This document shows positions 17,655 to 27,135 of a DNA stretch of 64,000 nt, piece by piece. The stretch spans positions 39,876 through 103,875 of the forward strand of contig JAQTZP010000001.1 of NCBI GenBank assembly GCA_028687715.1. Reading direction: 5' to 3'. Under the pieces are notes generated by a model. That model was not told where the DNA came from and made no database searches. It saw only the letters and a list, made by a program, of their open reading frames with translations. The position numbers were made by a program, and so were the translations under genes. The stretch's first letter is position 1. Every line of letters begins with the position of its first letter. Source of the DNA: Minisyncoccota bacterium. GTDB lineage: Bacteria > Patescibacteriota > Minisyncoccia > Minisyncoccales > GWA2-38-27.

Positions 17655-18551
17655 ATGTATAAATTAAAAGACCAATTTTATACAAAGCCAAAAGTAGCAG
17701 AATACTGTTTTGATAGGTTTAAAGAAATCTCAAAAGATTTAGGAATTGATTTAAATAAATATACTTTTATTGAGCCTTCAGCTGGGTGCGGTTTTTTTTA
17801 TCAATTACTGCCTAAAAAACGCAGAATAGGGATTGATATTGAACCAAAGGAATTATCGGGGGTAGATAATAAAGGAATAATAAAGTTCGATTATCTTAAA
17901 TGGCATCCGAAAAATAAAAAGAAAAAATATATAGTGATTGGAAATCCTCCTTTTGGACTAAGGGGCAATTTAGCCCTTCAATTTATTAATAAATCTTGCT
18001 TGTACGCTGATATGGTAGCATTTATTCTGCCACAGCTCTTTAATTCAGACGGTAAGGGCGTCGCTGGCAAAAGAGTTATGGGATACAGATTAGCTTATAA
18101 CGAACATCTGCCGCCCGATTCTTTTATTTATCCTAATGGTGAAGAAGTTAAAATAAATACCGTGTTTCAAGTTTGGACTAAAATAAATACTGATAGAATA
18201 AGAATAGAACAGCCTAAAACTTGTGATAGTTTTATCGAGGTCTATTCTTTGTCTGACGGCGGTCTGCCGGCAAATACAAGAAATAAAGATATGATTGGAA
18301 AATGTGATGTATATCTGCCATCAACTACTTTTTCCGGCATGAAAGCGTACAATTCTTTTTCCGAATTACCCAACAGAAGAGGTTATGGTATTGTTATTAA
18401 AAAAAATAAATATGAAATTAAAAAACTTCTTTTCAATACCAATTGGAAGCAGACAGCTTTTTTTTCAACCAATTCTGCTCTCAATTTGAGAACAAGTGTG
18501 ATTAAAGATATTTTAATAAAATCAGGTTATCACGATAAAAATTTAATATGA
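17655..18551 (+). CDS. Type II N6-adenine DNA methyltransferase (gamma-type motif order)
   Basis: QFYTKP near the N-terminus, FIEPSAGCGFF (SAM motif I), VIGNPPFG (motif IV). The internal ATG at 17655 is preferred. Confidence 0.7.
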   Translation: MYKLKDQFYTKPKVAEYCFDRFKEISKDLGIDLNKYTFIEPSAGCGFFYQLLPKKRRIGIDIEPKELSGVDNKGIIKFDYLKWHPKNKKKKYIVIGNPPFGLRGNLALQFINKSCLYADMVAFILPQLFNSDGKGVAGKRVMGYRLAYNEHLPPDSFIYPNGEEVKINTVFQVWTKINTDRIRIEQPKTCDSFIEVYSLSDGGLPANTRNKDMIGKCDVYLPSTTFSGMKAYNSFSELPNRRGYGIVIKKNKYEIKKLLFNTNWKQTAFFSTNSALNLRTSVIKDILIKSGYHDKNLI

Positions 18552-19108
18552 AAATATCGGAAATAATTTTAAAAAAGATAGAGGAGATAAAGAAAAGAAA
18601 ACCACCTCAAAAGTTTGATTGGAACGATAGTTTGTATGAAGATGTGCAGTTTTTAACGATTGATGAAAGGGGACAGCTTGGCGAGGAAATAACAGTTGAT
18701 ATTTTAAAGAAGTTTAAATGTAAAATTAAATATGATGCAGGTATAACAGGCGCGTTAAAAGGTTGGGATTTTATTTCTAACGGTTTGAAAATAGAAGTCA
18801 AACTTGCTACTATCACAGTTGGTACTGGACAATTTCAGCATGAAAATCTACATCCTCAAAGAGATTTTGACGGCATATTATTTATAGACGTTGCGCCTAA
18901 TGAAATATATCTTACCGCTGTTTGTAAAAAAGATATTAATTGGAAAAAAATACATAGACGAGAAAGTGGCGTTTATAAGTGCGACTTTACTATAAAAAAT
19001 ATACAAGATGATAAAATACCAAAATTTGTAGAATATAAGACAGGATTAATTAATTCGGAAAATGATTTTTTTGATACCTACAGATGGCTAGAGGATAATT
19101 CTAAATAA
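18548..19108 (+). CDS. Putative cognate restriction endonuclease (PD-(D/E)xK-like)
   Basis: ATGA overlap with the methyltransferase gene. GWDFISNGLKIEVKLAT fits D-x9-E-x-K. Confidence 0.45.
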   Translation: MKISEIILKKIEEIKKRKPPQKFDWNDSLYEDVQFLTIDERGQLGEEITVDILKKFKCKIKYDAGITGALKGWDFISNGLKIEVKLATITVGTGQFQHENLHPQRDFDGILFIDVAPNEIYLTAVCKKDINWKKIHRRESGVYKCDFTIKNIQDDKIPKFVEYKTGLINSENDFFDTYRWLEDNSK

Positions 19109-19118
19109 GACAGGCCTC

Positions 19119-19147
19119 TTGACAACGGCATCTTAAAAAAGTAATAT
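19119..19147 (+). promoter_or_regulatory. Sigma70-type promoter of rplJL
   Basis: TTGACA (19119-19124), 17 nt, TAATAT (19142-19147). Confidence 0.6.
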
Positions 19148-19154
19148 CTAAAAT

Positions 19155-19270
19155 ATAATAAAATAGCCAAAGACAATGGGTTTGCGCATCGCTTTAAATC
19201 CCATCGAGGCAGTTTATTCCCTTTTTATTTTAAAGGGAGATAGAGCTGTCTCGGACAGCTTTTTAAATTT
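19155..19270 (+). promoter_or_regulatory. Structured rplJ leader with terminator-like hairpin (L10-leader-like autoregulatory element)
   Basis: Hairpins ATGGGTTT...AAATCCCAT and TCCCTTT...AAAGGGA, then GAGCTGTC-TCG-GACAGCTTTTT immediately before the rplJ ATG. Confidence 0.45.
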
Positions 19271-19801
19271 ATGGCTTTAAAAAAAGAGCAAAAACAAAAA
19301 ATAATAGAGAAGATAAAGAATGTTTTAGAAAAACAGAAAATAGCAGTTTTTGTAAGCATAGCTGGACTAAAAACAAAAGATGTCTCTGATTTGAGAAAGA
19401 AGCTGAAAGAGAAGAACTGCGTTTTTGGCGTTGTTAAGAAAACCCTTCTAAATATCGCTTTTGATAAGAATTTTGAAGCAGATATCAAGAATTTAAAGGG
19501 GGAGATTGCCCTAATTTCAGGAATAGATGATGAGATTTCAGCGCCAAAGATTGCTAATAAATTCTCTCTTAATAATAAAAACTTAGAGATTTTAGGAGGC
19601 GTTTTCAATAACGAGTTTATAGGAAGAGAAAAGGTAATAATTCTGGCAAATATCCCTTCAAAACAAGAACTTCTGGCTCAGCTTGTTGGAACCATCAAGG
19701 CGCCGATATCCAATTTTACCAATGTTGTTTTTTCAAATATTAAAGGTCTTGTTTATACATTAAATTCCATTAAAAATAATAAAGAGGCGGTAAATCAATA
19801 A
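19271..19801 (+). CDS. rplJ: Ribosomal protein L10
   Basis: Position directly upstream of L7/L12; KIAVFVSIAGLKTKDVSDLRKKL pattern. Confidence 0.85.
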   Translation: MALKKEQKQKIIEKIKNVLEKQKIAVFVSIAGLKTKDVSDLRKKLKEKNCVFGVVKKTLLNIAFDKNFEADIKNLKGEIALISGIDDEISAPKIANKFSLNNKNLEILGGVFNNEFIGREKVIILANIPSKQELLAQLVGTIKAPISNFTNVVFSNIKGLVYTLNSIKNNKEAVNQ

Positions 19802-19840
19802 ATAAAGAGCTCCTTTATTTAGAATTTATTGCTTAAATTT

Positions 19841-20269
19841 ATGGCAGAAGAAAAAGAAGAGGTTGAAGTTCCCAAGAAATTTAAATCGCTAGTAGAGGAA
19901 ATTGAAAAAATGTCTGTTTTAGATATGTCAGAGCTTGTTAAAGTTTTAGAGAAGAAATTTGGAGTTTCAGCCGCTATGCCTATGGCAGTAGCAGGAGCTG
20001 GGCAGGCTTCGGTCCAAGCCGAAGGAGCTGGTTCAGGCGAGCCGGCAAAAAGCTCTTTTACCATTGAGCTGAAAGACGCAGGAGAGAAAAAGATTGAAGT
20101 AATTAAAGTTATAAGGGATGTAGTCGGCAAAGGACTGAAAGAGGCAAAGGATATGGTTGATGCAGCAGCCAGCGGTCCTCAAATAGTAAAGGAAAATGTA
20201 AAGAAAGAAGAAGCAGAAGAGATTAAAAAGAAATTTGAAGCAGCCGGAGCAAAGGTTGAATTGAAGTAA
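19841..20269 (+). CDS. rplL: Ribosomal protein L7/L12
   Basis: MSVLDMSELVKVLEKKFGVSA, Ala/Gly hinge, and KVIRDVVGKGLKEAKDMVD...AAGAKVELK. Confidence 0.9.
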   Translation: MAEEKEEVEVPKKFKSLVEEIEKMSVLDMSELVKVLEKKFGVSAAMPMAVAGAGQASVQAEGAGSGEPAKSSFTIELKDAGEKKIEVIKVIRDVVGKGLKEAKDMVDAAASGPQIVKENVKKEEAEEIKKKFEAAGAKVELK

Positions 20270-20277
20270 TATAAAAG

Positions 20278-20308
20278 GCACTTTTCATCTTAAAGTGCTT
20301 TTTATTTT
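20278..20308 (+). terminator. Intrinsic terminator after rplL
   Basis: GCACTTT-loop-AAAGTGC followed by TTTTTATTTT. Confidence 0.7.
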
Positions 20309-20310
20309 GG

Positions 20311-22332
20311 CTACAATTCTATTTGATATATTTTGTTATCTGATAAAACCCAGATTATTTTCCCATCATCTGATATATCAAAATCCTTTAGGTTATAAAA
20401 CTTATCGCTTTGAAACTGCTTTATAATTCTTTTGTTTTTATCAGCCACAATTATACGTTTTGTTTCAGGCTCTAAAAGATAAAGATAGCTCAGTCCTGGC
20501 TTTGTTTTAATCTTGGCTATTTCTTGGATATTTGGGAAGACATCAAAGATAAATGATTCCTGGTAGTCTCCTTTAAAATAGCGGTAAATTGAGTTATCGC
20601 TGTTTAAAACCCATATTGATTCGTCAATTGATAAGGATTTCGGCTCTTTTTTATCAGATATCTGATTTTTAAGCCAGATTTGAGGCTGGTTCCAATTTAA
20701 CCCATTGTAGGAGTATTTTATAATCTCTCCGTTGATATCAATAAAATAGAGGTTAAAATTATACGAGGCAAACAGCATATAATCTGGTTTTTCTTTTAGC
20801 AGAGTTTCTTTCTGCCAAACTCCATTTTTTAAGAAAATCAGATTATTGGGTCTTGAGAAAAAATAGATAGAGCTTGAAGCGCTTCCCATTTCTAAGTTAT
20901 TTTCAAGATTAGTCAAATCAACTCTTTCTCCTTTTGAATTTAATTTTAAAACCAAAGAAGAGTTATGACTAAAAAGATAAAAATTGGACCCAAGCGATAA
21001 AATTGATGATGGATTAAAACCGAGTTCATTTGCGTCTAAATCCGCTATTGGTTTAGGATTTTCAATTTCAGTAAAATTATTTAAATCATAAAGCTGTGTC
21101 TCAATATCATTTTTCAAAGAGGCTATTTCTGGTTTTGATTTTCCTTTGATATATGGCGTTATTTCCAAAAGAGCTGCTTTTAAAACAGAGATAGCTTCAT
21201 CTTGATTATCAGCGTTTATAAGGTTTTGGGCAAAGCTTAATTTCTCTTCTGCTTCTTTTAAAACAGAATTGATAATCTTTGTTTCTTGATAGTCTTTATT
21301 CTTCTTAAATATTATAAATCCTAAGATTAGAATGGCTAAAAGAACAATAATCAATATCAGCTTCTTTCTAAATTCAGGGTTTTTAATCAGCTCTTTTATA
21401 TTTGATGAATAAGAAAAATAACCTTTTGTTTTTAAAGATTTTGAACTGCGGACCTTTTTAACATCCTTTTGTCTTTTGAAAAAAGATAGAGGATGGATTT
21501 TCAAAGACAGCTTTCTGAAATAACCAACGATATTTTTAAATCTCTGATATATTTTAATATCTCTTATTCTTTTTAGATATTTTTTAAAACCTGCTAAATA
21601 GATATTTTCTTTTTGTCTTGAGACGATTTCTTTTATGCCTTTTAAGTTTATTCTCTCTTTTTTTAAGCTTATTAGGAAACAAATTCCTGAAACATCAGCT
21701 CCTTTTCCTTTGGTAAATAATTCTTGGGGCAGAATTTCCTTTAAGGTCTTTCTGTCTATGGTTTTTGTCCTGGCTATCTTTCCTATTATTTTCTCTTCTA
21801 TGAAAAAATCAAAGATGTCTTTAGTTAGAACTAAGATTAAATCATTTTCCATTAAGCCCCCTGAAACGATATTGAAAAACACTTTTAAAGGATAAGGCTC
21901 TATTTCCTGGAGCTCCAGCCCTTTTCCGATATCATTTATTTTTCCTCCTCTTAAAAGAAGTATCTTTATATCCCCGGTTTTGATAAAGTGAAGGCTGAAT
22001 TGGTCTAAAGATAAAGCCGCAAAGCTTAGGTTTCCCAGCCAGCTTATATTCTCCTTTTTTACTTCTTCGGCCAAAAAGTCATTTGCTGATTTAGATCCTT
22101 CAATCAGAGCTTTAGAGCCGGATTTATAAGAGAGGCTGTAGTATTTCTTTTTTATCGCAGAGGCTAAATTATCTAAAAACCTTAAATTCTGGGGCAGGGT
22201 GTTTTTAAGATCTCCTACCATGTATAAACTGCCTAGTTTTCTTTCATAAGAATTTTCCGGTTCATAAATAAAGCTATCAAAGATTCTGTCTTCTTTTATT
22301 TTAGGATTAAAATGGAATTCAAAAATCTGCAT
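20311..22332 (-). CDS. Hypothetical membrane protein: N-terminal PP2C/SpoIIE-like-looking domain, one TM helix, C-terminal repeat (beta-propeller-like) region
   Basis: GSLYMVGDL...FAALSL...GDIKILLLRGG resembles a degenerate PP2C fold. TM helix LILIIVLLAILILGFIIF. Confidence 0.35.
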   Translation of the reverse strand: MQIFEFHFNPKIKEDRIFDSFIYEPENSYERKLGSLYMVGDLKNTLPQNLRFLDNLASAIKKKYYSLSYKSGSKALIEGSKSANDFLAEEVKKENISWLGNLSFAALSLDQFSLHFIKTGDIKILLLRGGKINDIGKGLELQEIEPYPLKVFFNIVSGGLMENDLILVLTKDIFDFFIEEKIIGKIARTKTIDRKTLKEILPQELFTKGKGADVSGICFLISLKKERINLKGIKEIVSRQKENIYLAGFKKYLKRIRDIKIYQRFKNIVGYFRKLSLKIHPLSFFKRQKDVKKVRSSKSLKTKGYFSYSSNIKELIKNPEFRKKLILIIVLLAILILGFIIFKKNKDYQETKIINSVLKEAEEKLSFAQNLINADNQDEAISVLKAALLEITPYIKGKSKPEIASLKNDIETQLYDLNNFTEIENPKPIADLDANELGFNPSSILSLGSNFYLFSHNSSLVLKLNSKGERVDLTNLENNLEMGSASSSIYFFSRPNNLIFLKNGVWQKETLLKEKPDYMLFASYNFNLYFIDINGEIIKYSYNGLNWNQPQIWLKNQISDKKEPKSLSIDESIWVLNSDNSIYRYFKGDYQESFIFDVFPNIQEIAKIKTKPGLSYLYLLEPETKRIIVADKNKRIIKQFQSDKFYNLKDFDISDDGKIIWVLSDNKIYQIEL

Positions 22333-22434
22333 ATTATTCTATTATACGGAATTTGGGGGAAAAATAAAACTCAAGTTTCTATTTTATGATATAATTTATT
22401 AATAAGGCAATTCTATGAAAAGAGGGATTAATTT

Positions 22435-24846
22435 TTGAGAAAATATATGAAATTTATAAGAGATAAATTTCAGAAAACCAAAAAGGCAGTTAAGAAAAAA
22501 ACAATAAGGCATGACGAAGAAATAATCAAGAATCTATTTTTGGGAATTGCTTCGTTTGTTTTTCTTGCGGTTATTGTTTTTCTATTCCAAGAAGAATCAA
22601 GATTTAGGCATAATTTTTTGGCATCTGTAAGTTTGACTTTGCAGAAATCTGCTCCAAGCCCCAATGTTTTCTTTGCTTCGGCTCCTGATATTTCTCAAGG
22701 ATTGCCTTCTAATAAAGTCTATCCTCAAGGCAAGATATTTCCGTTTTCAGGCATCGGCGGAAATGCAAGCATTGATAAGGCAAATATGTTTACCATGGCA
22801 GGACCCTATTATGCCCAAGATCAATCATATTATTTAGAGAGAGCTAAAGAGGCGGGGTTAAAATACATTTTTTCCGTAGGGTATAATATAAGGATGAATA
22901 TCGATAATTACGATATGCCTCCATTTAATTTGTCAGAAGAGCAGGTTGTTGAAGAAATTCGCAGCCAAATATCTCCCTATTTGCTAGATGATGCCATTTC
23001 CTGGTGGTATTTATTGCCTGAAGAATCAAGGTGGTGGCGCTCTAAAGAAATTGAATATATTAGAATTGCCTCTAATGCGATTCATAGTATCGATCCGAAG
23101 AAAAGGCCTGTTTGGATGTATGAGCCCTGCCATCGTTCTTCAGACAATCTTTCTAAAATGATTCCTTATTTAGATATTGAAGGAAAGGGAATGTATACAA
23201 ATCATGTTGATATGAAAGAATCCAGGATTTTTTGCACTTGGACTATAGAACAGGAAAAAGAAGCTATAAATATTGCCAATCGAAATGCTGTCCCGATTGC
23301 CGTTCCTGAGTTATTTGGAAATATAGTTGGAGCGGATGAATACAATCTTATTCCGAATTGGGTGCGCCACGATGTTTATTCCGCTTTGATAGCGGGAGCA
23401 AAAGGAATTGTCATTTACAAAACATATAATTCAAACACTTCTTATTACAGAGAATACTACGATGCTTATGCAAAAATAGCTAATGAATTAAACGGTAGCC
23501 TTAATTTGGGCCAGGTATTTTTATTTGGACAAAAGCGCAATGATTTAGAAGTTACAGTAATTCAGGGACCCAATACAGTTAATTTTCTCTTTCCTGCCGG
23601 TGATGTTGAATCTCCAATAATTTATCCTTCTGTTAATTTTCTTGATATAGCTTACGGAAATAATCGTTATCTTTTTTTAGTGAATTCTGCCAACGAGCCT
23701 GTTCAGACAGCAGTTCGCGGATTTCCCTTATCGCAAACTATAATTAGAGATATTTTTAACAAAAATAGCATTGTAAATAGTTCTAACGGAAGCTTTAATC
23801 TTAATCTTGCTTCGTTTGAAGTAAAAGCTTTTAAATTTGAGAAGTCTGAACCAGAAGAGCCTGAACCAGAAATTCCAGATTGTCCTTCAGATGATAATAT
23901 CTGTACAACAGAGACATATTCTAATGGAAGATGCATTTCATATTATAACACCAGCACTTGCGATGACAACAATCCCTGCACTGAAAATGACAAATGTCAA
24001 AATGGGATATGTTTTGGAACAGCGATTGACTGCAATGATAATAACTCCTGTACGGTTGACAGCTGTGTAAACGGAGCCTGCCAGCATATCTTTGACAGCA
24101 GCTTCTTCGGCTGTCAATGCATTTTAAATTCAGATTGCAATGATAATAACATTTGCACCAGCGAAGTCTGTATTAATGGAAGTTGCGTCTTTTTAAACAA
24201 TAATAATTCCTGCGATGACAACAATCCCTGCACTGAAAATGACAAATGTCAAAATGGGATATGTTTTGGAGATTTAAAAGACTGCAATGATAACATCAGC
24301 TGTACAGAGGATTTCTGTTCTGGAGGAGTATGCATTCATTCAAGCGAAAAGTGCGGCTGTTTGAGCGATAGCGAGTGCAACAGCAATAATACCTGCGTAA
24401 ATGACTTTTGCAATCCAACAACGATGAAATGCGATAAGACATTTAACACTAATTTATGCAATGATAATAATCCGTTTACTATAAATGACAGGTGCCATGA
24501 AGGCTTTTGTTTTGGCGAATTGATATGCAATTTTAACTCCAGATGCGATGCCGAAAAAGGAGAAAGCTGTCTTAATTGTTCCTTTGACTGCGGTTTCTGT
24601 ACGGTCTATGAATCTTCGGCAGATAATAAAAATATTACTAAAACTGCTGCTAAAAGAACAATAAGCGAAGAAGATAAATCTCTTTTTTCCGAAGGCATTA
24701 AAAGAGAAAAGTCAGCGCCTTTTTCTTCTTTAAAAGCGCTCAAAGATTTAGTTATAGAATTCTTTAAAAGCTTGGAAGGAAAAATAATTCTATTCAGCTC
24801 AATAGCAATTTTTATAATTATACAAATCATCCTTATGGTATTATAA
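22435..24846 (+). CDS. Large surface protein with tandem Cys-rich CxDxNxCTxDxCxxGxC repeats and C-terminal TM anchor
   Basis: N-terminal TM/signal segment. At least 7 Cys-rich repeat units between aa ~490 and 700. C-terminal helix ILFSSIAIFIIIQIILMVL. Confidence 0.5.
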   Translation: MRKYMKFIRDKFQKTKKAVKKKTIRHDEEIIKNLFLGIASFVFLAVIVFLFQEESRFRHNFLASVSLTLQKSAPSPNVFFASAPDISQGLPSNKVYPQGKIFPFSGIGGNASIDKANMFTMAGPYYAQDQSYYLERAKEAGLKYIFSVGYNIRMNIDNYDMPPFNLSEEQVVEEIRSQISPYLLDDAISWWYLLPEESRWWRSKEIEYIRIASNAIHSIDPKKRPVWMYEPCHRSSDNLSKMIPYLDIEGKGMYTNHVDMKESRIFCTWTIEQEKEAINIANRNAVPIAVPELFGNIVGADEYNLIPNWVRHDVYSALIAGAKGIVIYKTYNSNTSYYREYYDAYAKIANELNGSLNLGQVFLFGQKRNDLEVTVIQGPNTVNFLFPAGDVESPIIYPSVNFLDIAYGNNRYLFLVNSANEPVQTAVRGFPLSQTIIRDIFNKNSIVNSSNGSFNLNLASFEVKAFKFEKSEPEEPEPEIPDCPSDDNICTTETYSNGRCISYYNTSTCDDNNPCTENDKCQNGICFGTAIDCNDNNSCTVDSCVNGACQHIFDSSFFGCQCILNSDCNDNNICTSEVCINGSCVFLNNNNSCDDNNPCTENDKCQNGICFGDLKDCNDNISCTEDFCSGGVCIHSSEKCGCLSDSECNSNNTCVNDFCNPTTMKCDKTFNTNLCNDNNPFTINDRCHEGFCFGELICNFNSRCDAEKGESCLNCSFDCGFCTVYESSADNKNITKTAAKRTISEEDKSLFSEGIKREKSAPFSSLKALKDLVIEFFKSLEGKIILFSSIAIFIIIQIILMVL

Positions 24847-24856
24847 TAAATATCTG

Positions 24857-24931
24857 GGGCAATTAGCTCAGCGGCAGAGCGCATCGTTCACATCGATGAG
24901 GACGCAGGTTCAAATCCTGCATTGCCCACCA
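24857..24931 (+). tRNA. tRNA-Val (anticodon CAC), CCA encoded
   Basis: Acceptor GGGCAAT/ATTGCCC; anticodon stem CATCG/CGATG with loop TTCACAT; T arm GCAGGTTCAAATCCTGC; ACCA end. Confidence 0.85.
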
Positions 24932-25068
24932 AGACCAGATTCCTCGGCACCAAAATTGTTTTATTTTTGGATTTTCTGGTATAATAAAGTAAAAGTCGGA
25001 GAAATAAAAATAACTAACCCACAAAATCGGGTATCGCATCTACCAGATTTGTGGCATAATGAAAACAT

Positions 25069-25836
25069 ATGACAACACCATTTTTCTGGTTAATCGGAGT
25101 AATTGTTTTTTTTGTCCTCATTGGCTTGAGGGTAGTTGATCAATATGAACGGGGCGTTATCTTAACTCTTGGAAAATATACAGGTACAAGGCAACCGGGT
25201 TTAACCTGGATATTGATCGGTGTTCAAAGAATAATTAAGGTTGATTTGCGTATCGCAACCGTTGATATTCCGCAGCAGGAGGTTATTACAAAAGATAATG
25301 TAACTGTTGGGATTAATGCCGTTGTTTATTTCCGAGTAGACAGCGCAGAAAAAGCGGTTTTGGAAGTTCAAGATTTTCGCCACGCTGTTGCTCTCTACGC
25401 TCAGGCGGCATTGCGGGATGTAATTGGCGGAATAGAATTAGACTTTCTGCTTTCCGAGAGAGATAAAATTGCTGAAGAAATAAAAAAGATCGTTGATGTG
25501 GCAACTGACCCTTGGGGTATTGATGTTTCTATAATTAAAATTCAGGATATTGAACTTCCAGCCGATATGAAGCGAGTAATGGCTAAGCAGGCAGAGGCTG
25601 AACGAGAAAGAAGGGCAATTATTATCCGAGCAGAAGGAGAATACATAGCATCTCAAAAACTATCCCAAGCGGCGCAGGTTCTTAGTTCTGTGCCTGGAGG
25701 AATCTCAATGCGAACTCTTCAAACGATTGAAAAGATTAACCCTGACCCTTCAAAAACCGTACTCTTTGCCTTGCCGATTGAGTTTATGGAAGGGATTAAA
25801 TCCCTTTCCAGTTTTCTAAAAGAAAAAGGTAAATAA
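25069..25836 (+). CDS. SPFH/band-7 (stomatin/prohibitin-like) membrane protein
   Basis: N-terminal TM helix, VVDQYERGVILTLGKY...PGLTWI, and QAEAERERRAIIIRAEGE. Confidence 0.85.
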   Translation: MTTPFFWLIGVIVFFVLIGLRVVDQYERGVILTLGKYTGTRQPGLTWILIGVQRIIKVDLRIATVDIPQQEVITKDNVTVGINAVVYFRVDSAEKAVLEVQDFRHAVALYAQAALRDVIGGIELDFLLSERDKIAEEIKKIVDVATDPWGIDVSIIKIQDIELPADMKRVMAKQAEAERERRAIIIRAEGEYIASQKLSQAAQVLSSVPGGISMRTLQTIEKINPDPSKTVLFALPIEFMEGIKSLSSFLKEKGK

Positions 25837-25850
25837 ATAGAATCTTAAAG

Positions 25851-26111
25851 ATGTTAATAAACATATTAAAAAGATTGTTTATTCCGGATTTTGCGTTCTT
25901 TCAAGATATTCAAGATATTACTAAAGAAAATCTTGAATTGATGAAAAGGCGCCGTGGTATAAGAAATTACAACGAATGGCTTAAAAATAAAAGGGCATGT
26001 TTAGAAGCGATTAAAAAAGAACGAGAAAAAAAATCATTAAAGATTCCTGAATCTTATAGCGAAAAAATCAACTTGCTTGAGGAAGAAATTAAAGAAACTG
26101 GATGGTTTTAA
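25851..26111 (+). CDS. Hypothetical protein (86 aa)
   Basis: ORF only. Confidence 0.35.
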   Translation: MLINILKRLFIPDFAFFQDIQDITKENLELMKRRRGIRNYNEWLKNKRACLEAIKKEREKKSLKIPESYSEKINLLEEEIKETGWF

Positions 26112-26921
26112 TTACTTAACTTCTTTAAGAAATTGTTCTGCAAGATCAGCGGTATCCTTGCTGCTTTGGTAAAAAGATTTCCAGACAACTACAATATCAG
26201 CGTCATTAAATATCGCCCGCTGCGCCTCTTTTAACGTATCTCCGCCGGCGATGGCAATAAGAATATTATAACTTCCCTTGATTCTCCTGATTTCGTGCAG
26301 GGGAATTTGTTTCTCTTTGTTAAGTCTTTCCTCATCTACGCCGCGGTGAAGAACGACTACTCGTGGCACTTTTTTTAATTGGCGCAAGACCGAAAGAGGA
26401 TACTCAACATTCATCATATCCACTATTGCGTCTAATCCTAAATCTTCGCACTTTTGAATAAAAGCATTAAGGGATTCAATAGGTGAATGCCCGAGCGCCA
26501 CCGCGGCATCTGCGCCAGCGGCTGCGGCTATTTCAACTTCTGTTTCGCCTCTGTCCATCATCTTTAAGTCCGCTACAACATAGGGGATTATTTCTGATTC
26601 TGGCAATGGCTTTTGAGCTGTTTTCGGCTGAGAATAATTTTTTACAGCAGCTTTCAAAAATAACGAAACTAACGAATTCGAGCCTGAAAAAGATGTTGCT
26701 GGTTCTAGCGTTTGCCCCCAAATACGCTGTTTATACCATTGCTTAATTTGTCTTATTCCCTCCTTTCCATAGCGTTTAATAAGCGGCGTTCCCGCTTCAA
26801 TCAAAATTCTGTCGCTAATGGGGACTTGAGCGATTATTTTGTGCGCTTCTTCAAGCGTACTGTTGAGTGCAATTTGAAGATAACGTTTTCTAGGACTAAG
26901 TTTTGATATTATTTTATTCAT
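26112..26921 (-). CDS. OMP-decarboxylase-family protein, 3-hexulose-6-phosphate synthase-like, with an internal ~45-aa insertion
   Basis: YLQIALN...ILIEAGTPLIKRYG, VADLKMMDRGETEVEIAAAAGAD, VLHRGVDE and IAIAGG line up with the HPS/KGPDC pattern. Confidence 0.55.
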   Translation of the reverse strand: MNKIISKLSPRKRYLQIALNSTLEEAHKIIAQVPISDRILIEAGTPLIKRYGKEGIRQIKQWYKQRIWGQTLEPATSFSGSNSLVSLFLKAAVKNYSQPKTAQKPLPESEIIPYVVADLKMMDRGETEVEIAAAAGADAAVALGHSPIESLNAFIQKCEDLGLDAIVDMMNVEYPLSVLRQLKKVPRVVVLHRGVDEERLNKEKQIPLHEIRRIKGSYNILIAIAGGDTLKEAQRAIFNDADIVVVWKSFYQSSKDTADLAEQFLKEVK

Positions 26922-26984
26922 ATCTTACTGTACTTTTATTATATTAAGAATTCAAAAATAAAACAATCTCGTAAAATAATCAAT

Positions 26985-27060
26985 GGGCGGGAGGCAGCGG
27001 CTTTTTCCTAAAGTCGAGAATTTCTGATAAAATAAGTTCGAGCGGAGTCATATAGATACA
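26985..27060 (+). repeat. Degenerate fourth copy (D) of the junction element: half hairpin plus promoter-like TGATAAAAT plus AGTTCGAGC
   Basis: gggcgggaggcagcggctttttcc...gaatttctgataaaataagttcgagcggagtcatata aligns with copies B and C (58360-58420; 61665-61735). Confidence 0.5.
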
Positions 27061-27135
27061 TATTAATAATTTTGACAAATTATAAGCGGGTAGTATTATT
27101 AATCAATACAGCTCTTTTTTTCAAAGGAGAATCAG

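Noticed and set aside
19225-19608. 127-aa minus-strand ORF antisense to rplJ, and similar antisense ORFs within rplL, rnc, nusB, trmD, lepA, murJ, the P-type ATPase and others
   Set aside because: These are typical low-complexity antisense ORFs in AT-rich coding DNA, each fully contained in a well-supported gene on the other strand.
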